This document shows, one piece after another, positions 57,101-64,000 of a DNA stretch of 64,000 nucleotides. The stretch covers positions 310,001 through 374,000 of the forward strand of contig JAPETS010000015.1 of NCBI GenBank assembly GCA_026023565.1, in the 5' to 3' direction. How positions within the stretch are numbered: position 1 is the first letter of the stretch; the number at the start of each line of letters is the position of its first letter. The translations under genes and the position numbers were made by a program. The notes under the pieces were generated by a model. It was not told where the DNA came from and ran no database searches. It worked only from the letters and a program-made list of their open reading frames with translations. The stretch comes from Cirrosporium novae-zelandiae. Taxonomy: Eukaryota.

Positions 57101-59449
57101 TATAGATACTCGGTTAGAGAGGGCGTCAGAACCACTAACTGGACGACCATCGATAGACACACGGGAACTTCGCAACAATTCCCTTTCAACCGTTGAAATA
57201 ATAATGTCTGAATCCCGTAATGTCTCAAGAATAATGGTCCAGGCCGCCTCACTAAATGTAGGCCCAAGGGCTATCCCAAGATTGAGCAGCGCTCTCAAGC
57301 AAAGGAGATTCCGAGTAGTAAGAGCCGGCCCTTCGGAGCTACCTGGCCTATCACCAAGACTAGAGATTCCAGGAATATCTAGAGTTCCGTTCCCTGAATT
57401 AGTCCTAGCCAAAGACTCATTCCTCTGATGTGGTGAGGGGGTCAGAGAAGCAATAACCGATGATGGATTTGAAGGTAAAGCTGATTTGGAAAGAAGTGTA
57501 AGAAATGCATCCCTTGGAACAGCCAATCTCAAAAGGCCAGCAACATGTGTTAATTTCTGAAATGATCGTACCAGGCTATGAAAATAGTCTGAATCAAGTG
57601 TTGCGTAGAGATATGTGGAACATGCTGCCAGCATAGGAGCCCAGCCCTGTTCTATCAAATCTGCCGTTCTTTGTATGTCTTCAAATTGAGGGTGTGATTC
57701 CAGATTTAAGGGATTGGTAGGCATTCGAGATTGATCCAACCCTCGTTCTTTTGGAGACTCTGAGGTTTCTTGGAAGTCATCTTCACTGCGCGCTGTGGCT
57801 TCCGCTCGATGCCTTCGCTTGCCTCTACCTTCACCCGGAACTGTCAGAGGCAACAAGAATTTTGCGATACCCTCAAAGAGCGAAACGATACAGTTTAGGA
57901 CAAGGCTGTATATGTAAGACGCTGGGAGATTGGATGGTTCGGATTTGTCAAGCTGATCAATACAAGCAACACGAACTGAGCTAAGTTGGCCACTGATACC
58001 AATAGCAACAACGTCGGATATTTCAGTAGGACCACCAATGACCCCAGCGACTCCCGCAGCTTCTAAGATAGCTCGTTCTTCGGAAGCTTCATTGACTACA
58101 GAGCGATCGACGGGCGTAGTAGACTGACGGCCTAATCCAATAATGTTTGGTTTCTCAGAGGCCAATCTCGCGAACATACCAAGTTGGTTCTGGACAACGT
58201 TCTGCCTTTCGTCCTGACTGTCAAAGAGCGCATACATCAGTCGAATTAGTGCAGGTTCTGAATATATGCCTCGGTATACCTCCATACACATGGCACGTTT
58301 CCATGGAGCCGCAGCGTCGACTTCAAGTAAATGCGTAAGCAGACTATGTGCCATTTCACATTCATTTGGAAGTAGCCTTAAATGGCGTCTTAATATTATT
58401 TGGAGTACCCTCATGGAGCGTACCGAGGTAGCAAAACTAGATCGCTCCGATATAATCCTAATCAGAAGAGGAACAAGTCGAAGCTTTAACACGCTTGCTA
58501 GCTCGGTTTTTTCAAAAAACAGCTCTGGGTGATTTGTCAATATACTTTCGACCAGCTCTAGAGAAAACGTTTGGGAAAGCCCCCTCCATTTGAAGAATTG
58601 GGCATTGCTACCCTCTGCCATGAGACAAAGATCACTTAGTATCCTAAAGGCGTTAGACGCAGAAGCATGAACAGATATGGATTCCTCTTCCGTTCCAAGG
58701 GCCAGTTCTGCCACAATTGGATCTTGGGTTGGTTTTCCATTGTCATCTGCTAATTTCTCAAAAACGGCCATGACAAGCTGCTGTAACGTAGCGGCAGCGG
58801 TGCTGCTTACGGCTACTACCTTAGTGCCCTGGAGGGTGGTACATATTTGCAATATCGTACCTAGCAACTGTCCAAGCTCGCCCGAATAATTCTGCAGAAA
58901 AGCCGGCAGTGACTGCAGAACCTTGAGCTGTATCTCTAAGCCTATTCATCTCTTAGCATATTCGCCCCAGCAGCAATGAACCAAAACGGACCCAGAGAAG
59001 TGACCTCCCTCAAAGCCTCTAATACATCTTTTAATCTTTCCTTGGGCAATGCCCTTGCAGTTACCAGTCTATTCAAGCATACCACCCCGCTACCTGCATA
59101 TCGAGCTAAACGGGTCTCACAAGCTAGGAGGAAGGGATTTATGAAGCTTGGTCGCCGAATTAGATCTCTTTCGACGTCAGCTTGTAGGCGGTTTGTTGGG
59201 GCTAGTTATTTCAGAAATGATTATGAGAGAAGACATACCAGCAGCCAGCTGTGTTTCTGAAGTGGACGGTAGGGCTTTGATATCTTGGAGTGACTTCTCA
59301 GCGGCCTAGATGTGTTTTTATTAGTATATATTTCACTAGAAGCATCGATTATAGCAGCTATGATAACATACAGCACGAAGATCCCCATGTTTTCTTCTAG
59401 ACTCTTGAATGAGATTTGATAATTCGGTGGTAAGGACTTGGGCGCTCAT
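54179..59449 (-). CDS. MON2: Endosome/Golgi peripheral protein Mon2 (Sec7-like DCB/HUS/HDS domains), three 5' introns
   Basis: Spliced N-terminus MSAQVLTTELSNLIQESRRKHGDLRA|AAEKSL...PFLLAC...LEIQLKVLQ. Also CIDQLDKSEP, PRDAFLT, LQLICSDFL, D.RAEIRNGA. Confidence 0.92.
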
Positions 59450-59912
59450 CCTAGCAAATAGACTTGAAACATAACTCTTCGTAAGGGAGCGTTAGGGTTT
59501 TCCTCAAAATATTATTCATGAACTATCTCCAAGACTCCATCTAGACTAAACCGCACGGATGGATATTGAGTTAATAATGCAGAAAAATGTAAAAGTGAAT
59601 CGCGATATATTTGTCCCTTGAAAGAGCTTCAAAGGCAGTGGCCTTGGAATAGCTAGGGTACGCGTTAAGGCGACAGGGATCATCTGCACCGGAATGATGT
59701 GCCCTTGTCCCGTGCCCCGACCTTTCTGCCTGAGGCCTAAATTTAGTGGGATGCCCCTTCGAAATACAAACGGCCCTTCTATACAAAAGGCTCAGCCAGC
59801 TCCCATACCACTGATCTTCCTCCATATCAAACTCCACAGTCGTCTACTCTATAACCTAACGATCACACCTGCAGCTGTACCTACAAGTATTTTCTCGAAA
59901 TACATAACGAAG

Positions 59913-60629
59913 ATGGGCGCCAAAGTTCCCCGCAACTTCCGTCTATTGGAGGAGCTAGAGAAGGGTGAAAAGGGCCTTGGTGCTGGTATGACTTTTATAT
60001 CACCATCCTTCTATATATATCAAGCTCATAAACACTGCTTAGAGGCATGCTCCTACGGCCTAGCCGATGGCGATGACCTTCTTATGTCCAACTGGAATGG
60101 AACAATCCTAGGGCCTCCTCACGTGCGTCTCGTCTTCAGTCCCGTTTTCAGTCCCGTTAATGCGTGGGCATGAATCCCAGTACCCGTATAAAAGTAATTT
60201 TGTTGACATCCATTTCTCTATCACTCGCAGTCAGCCCACGAAAATCGGATTTACAGTTTAAATATCCACTGCGGCGATGATTATCCTGATGTACCCCCTA
60301 CAGTGCAATTCGTCTCCAAGATTAACCTTCCGTGTGTAGATCCTCGTTCTGGGAGGGTATGTAGTAACCGGGCCATTCCTTCTCTTTGGCTAGTACGTAC
60401 TAAGGCTCTGGTTTGCGTTTCTGTGGTGGTAGGTCGATCCCCACAAACTTCCTTGCCTGATTCAATGGAGACGTGACTATACTATGGAGACCATTTTGAT
60501 TGAGTTGAGGAGGTATGTATATTGAATGACCCTCTATTGGCGTCTCTCTTTGCTAAGTTATTTACTAGATACATGGCTCTTCCGCAGCACAAAAAACTTT
60601 CTCAGCCACCCGAAGGCTCGACCTTTTAA
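59913..60629 (+). CDS. MMS2: Ubiquitin-conjugating enzyme variant Mms2/Uev1 (four introns)
   Basis: [23 protein letters not shown]...[20 protein letters not shown]...[12 protein letters not shown]. Confidence 0.95.
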
Positions 60630-61562
60630 GCATACGCCGCTACAATTCTAGCTGTAGCATTTCTTGGAGGCTACGCCACCTTGATATAGCACGGACATGA
60701 TTATCAGGGATTTTTTGTTGTTTATAACAGAAATCCCTCAAGCAATGAACAAACGAGGAAATAAATAAAGCAAGCCCCAGAGTTCTTTCAGCTATCTAGC
60801 TCTACCCCATCCAGAATGTTGTATGGCCGTGAAAACCTTTATACATGCATTGCGCTGGCGTTGGAGTCAGTCGGTGAATAGGTTGGCAGAGCAAATGCAA
60901 CGCTGGTATTCATCAAGAGTCTCACTGTGCCAGCGTTATATAGGTCGACGAGATTTCAGGCTACGGTTTTTTAACTAGGTTTACCGTAGAATAAATAAAG
61001 AAATAAGATAAATTCTAGCGAAAGCGTGGCTTCTATTGAAATCTCGCCCTCTACCTGGCGAGAAAATAGGTTCACTCTAATCAAGGTGCCAAGGTTTATA
61101 AACCAGGGTACGAGACGACAAACGTCTTTAGAACTGTATCCATCTATCCCTCTAGCATCTGCAAGTATTTTATACCTAGGTAGTTATTTTTCATGCGTAT
61201 TTATGACAAGATAGTAAGCCAGTCGAATATATTTCTAGGAATTAAAGCAGTAAATATAGATATAAAAACAACATATCAATAAGGCCTTAGAGAAAATTCA
61301 ATAGAAGTCTAATTTCTTAATCAGGCACGTCGGGTCGGAATTTTGACTTAGAAGTCGAGATAGCACTCATGTTTTTTATACGGAACGTGGCTCGGCCCGA
61401 GCCGGTGCAGAATAGGTTATGGTTGTGGGGTACTTGTCGTGAAGCCCAACCACTACGCACATCTTTCAGGTGTTTGAGAGCCACTGAACGCCTTGACGTA
61501 ATCAGAGTCAATTAAATTCAACCTCTTGTGTATATCAAAGTACATTATTTTACCGCACGAGA

Positions 61563-62448
61563 ATGGGGATTGAAGACCAAAAAGAGGAACGGGAAGTTCT
61601 TGATTCCATCTTCCCAGACGAAATTACAGGTACGTGTGGTGCTCATGGTTTATTAGCTATGCGCTGATTGTTTACTTCGCATCAGATATCTCAGACACTT
61701 CCTATCGGATCTCGGTAGGATTGGACGTTGAAACCCATGAAGATGATGACCTAGAATCACGTATGTAAGTCCAGAAATGGTAAAGGAGAGCTTATCGTAA
61801 AACTTCAAGAGCAATTTGAACCCGGTCAAATTATTCAACTCCCATTCCCAACTTGATCTTTTATTTAATTTGCTCTCTTACCAATGCGCAAGCTGATATT
61901 CTGCAGCAACGGTTTTCCTCCAAGTGTCTTATCCCGAAAATTATCCAGATGAAGCTCCTAATCTCGATATATCTACGCCTCCTAATACGTCAAAACATCC
62001 ATTACTTGATATTCAAGAAGATAAAGCAAATCTTCTAGAAATACTACAGGCCGCTGTAGAAGAAAATATGGGAATGGCCATGGTATTCACTCTTGTCAGC
62101 ACATTGAAAGATAGTGCAGAGTTGTTGATATCCGAAAGACAAAAGGCCGCACATGTATTGAAGGAGGCTGAAGCAGCAAAAGCGGAAGAAGAAGAAAACA
62201 AAAAGTTTCATGGCACTGCAATAACGAGACAAACGTTTATGGAGTGGAGAGAAAGATTTAAAAAAGAAATGGAGGAAGCAGAACAGCGTAGGAGAGAAGA
62301 AAAGGAATCGGAGGATAAAAAGAAAAGGGTTACCAAGGAGGAAAAGAGAATGACAGGTAAAGAGCTATGGCTGAGCGGTATCGCAAAGGGAGATGAAGAA
62401 GAAGGGGCCGACGATACATCGCAGGCAATGGAGGCACTCAAGGTTTAA
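61563..62448 (+). CDS. GIR2: RWD-domain protein (Gir2/RWDD1), two introns
   Basis: MGIEDQKEEREVLDSIFPDEI, YPENYPDEAP, ENMGMAMVFTL, KFHGT.IT...F.EW and MTGKELW. Confidence 0.9.
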
Positions 62449-63229
62449 TAAGAGTAATAATGTCTTTCGAAATTAAATGATTATAATTCTTCAAAACTAC
62501 CGCTATTACTATGATATCTACATGTAACATACCCTGTCAATACCACCTGTGATTTTTTCTAACGGCTTCCACGACGTATCTCCATCGACCCCCTACTTTT
62601 GTCGAAAATGATCAGACTCCCTTTTCCCTAATCATGGCTTCTAAAATCCATCTACCTAACAGATATGTTATTAATAGTGAATGATAAATTAGCCTATCAA
62701 CAATAACGGGGCCTTGGGGTCAAAGGCGTGACTTCCTAAGTAACAATCTTAGTGAAGAGCTTACGAAAATACCAGGCTACATGTTGGAGGTGTCATCGAA
62801 AATTTCATAGGGAGTGATAAACAGAACAAGTCCGTTTGTAGTTTGTATCGTCATCAACCATGACCTGGACACACATGCATGACACAGTCTTAGCTTACTT
62901 ACATCTTAGCACTATTTTACTTTCTGAGATATATCCTTGTTTTCAGTTCTCGAATAAACAAACAAAGATTCGTTTACAGTATCATAACAGAGAGAAGGAG
63001 AATCCGTGAAAAGTATATCCTTAAGTAAGTGGAAGTTTGATGAAGGTGAATGAAGAGAGTAAGAATTTGTAATGTTTTAATAGACTATCAAGACAAAATA
63101 CTATAAGATCCAAATTAATTTGGATTTTCAGAATATATTTCGGTACTACAACAGAGCTTATAATTACCATTTTGAGAGGTCGAAATTTGTGGTCGTAATT
63201 CGGTGCTACCTAATTCTCTCCATCCAATC

Positions 63230-63960
63230 GACAACCATTACCTCCAGAGCACCCAAGCAGGGCACTTCGATAATTATTTCGTATGGAGGTACAGTGAAAA
63301 TTTTGCTAGTGCTTTTAGGAGTCTTCCTACAGACGTGGCCCTTGCTGTATCTAACGTCCTCGACAGCCCTTAGTCAGTAGAGCCAGTGAGGTATCACAAA
63401 TCCTTTGTGTCCTCATCAACATCTATATTCTAGCGGTGCGATTCAAAGATATCCGTTGTTGTAATTTCATTATCGACGCAGGCATAGATTATGCAAAAAA
63501 TCGAAATCATACAACCAAGAGGATACCATGCTTGCATTTGTCTTTACGACAAGGTGGCTGCGGGTCCATCAGGGTCTGTTCCTGGGGAACTCCATACGGA
63601 ATATTGGAAGTTGGTGATAATCAAGATACCGTGCCATACATTTATCACTTTGCAGGATGGTGTGAAGGATGGAGAAAAGATGAGTGGAAACATAGTATTC
63701 CAGGGGAAATTCGAGTATGCGATTACCATAATCATGGCTTTAAATCAAGAGCATTGAGCTGAAAACTTAGAGTTCCAAAAATACGGCAAATAAGATAGCG
63801 AGTTCGTGGTATTAGCAAGCAAAGCATGAAGGGATATTTATTTATCAATACCATGCATAGAATTCGTCGAACTGACGAGGGAAACCGACCTAGCTTTTAT
63901 GTTGATCGGATATTACGCCACTAGAGAAATTTATACCTCCTCAACTATAGACAATTTATC
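63230..63960 (+). pseudogene. Possible degenerate coding remnant
   Basis: Overlapping short ORFs in shifting frames and an intron-like segment at about 63391-63433. No recognisable family. Confidence 0.2.
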
Positions 63961-64000
63961 ACCAAGCCTTCTCTGAGAAACGGTAATAAATAACTGGTGA

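Noticed and set aside
61761..61907. Stwintron in GIR2 intron 2 (overlapping GTATGT/GTAAGT donors)
   Set aside because: No internal branch/acceptor was found that would rebuild a donor after excision. Ordinary splicing gives the right frame.
63795..63850. SEFVVLASKA*RDIYL resemblance to copia RNase H
   Set aside because: The similarity is too weak, and no other retroelement motif or LTR was seen.

Overview
Gene-dense chromosome segment from a filamentous ascomycete (Pezizomycotina), inferred from short GT-AG introns with CTRAC/CTAAC branch points, a Zn(II)2Cys6 factor and an HbxA-type homeobox gene. About 20 protein-coding genes can be supported. In order: alpha/beta hydrolase, Zn2Cys6 TF, sterol desaturase-like, DPB4, SLD3, GH17 glucanase, a 2464-aa PAM2/coiled-coil protein, hbxA, glycerol-phosphatase HAD, NUG1, caprin/YAG7-like RGG protein, a four-exon CENP-W/Wip1 gene the ORF track misses, RNase III, RSM27, a LYR protein, ACC deaminase, VPS26, MON2, MMS2 and GIR2. 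There are also several decayed, pseudogene-like intergenic blocks and microsatellites. The most striking signal is the 5' end of the 2464-aa gene. Its first ATG lies inside a consensus in-frame intron, next to a two-state hairpin, and is followed by 872 nt with no ATG in any frame before a good-context Met307. This suggests regulated long and short isoforms of a protein with PAM2-like motifs and a long coiled coil, an architecture reminiscent of Ustilago Upa2. No rRNA, tRNA, CRISPR or intact transposon was recognised. All homology calls come from motif recognition, not database searches.
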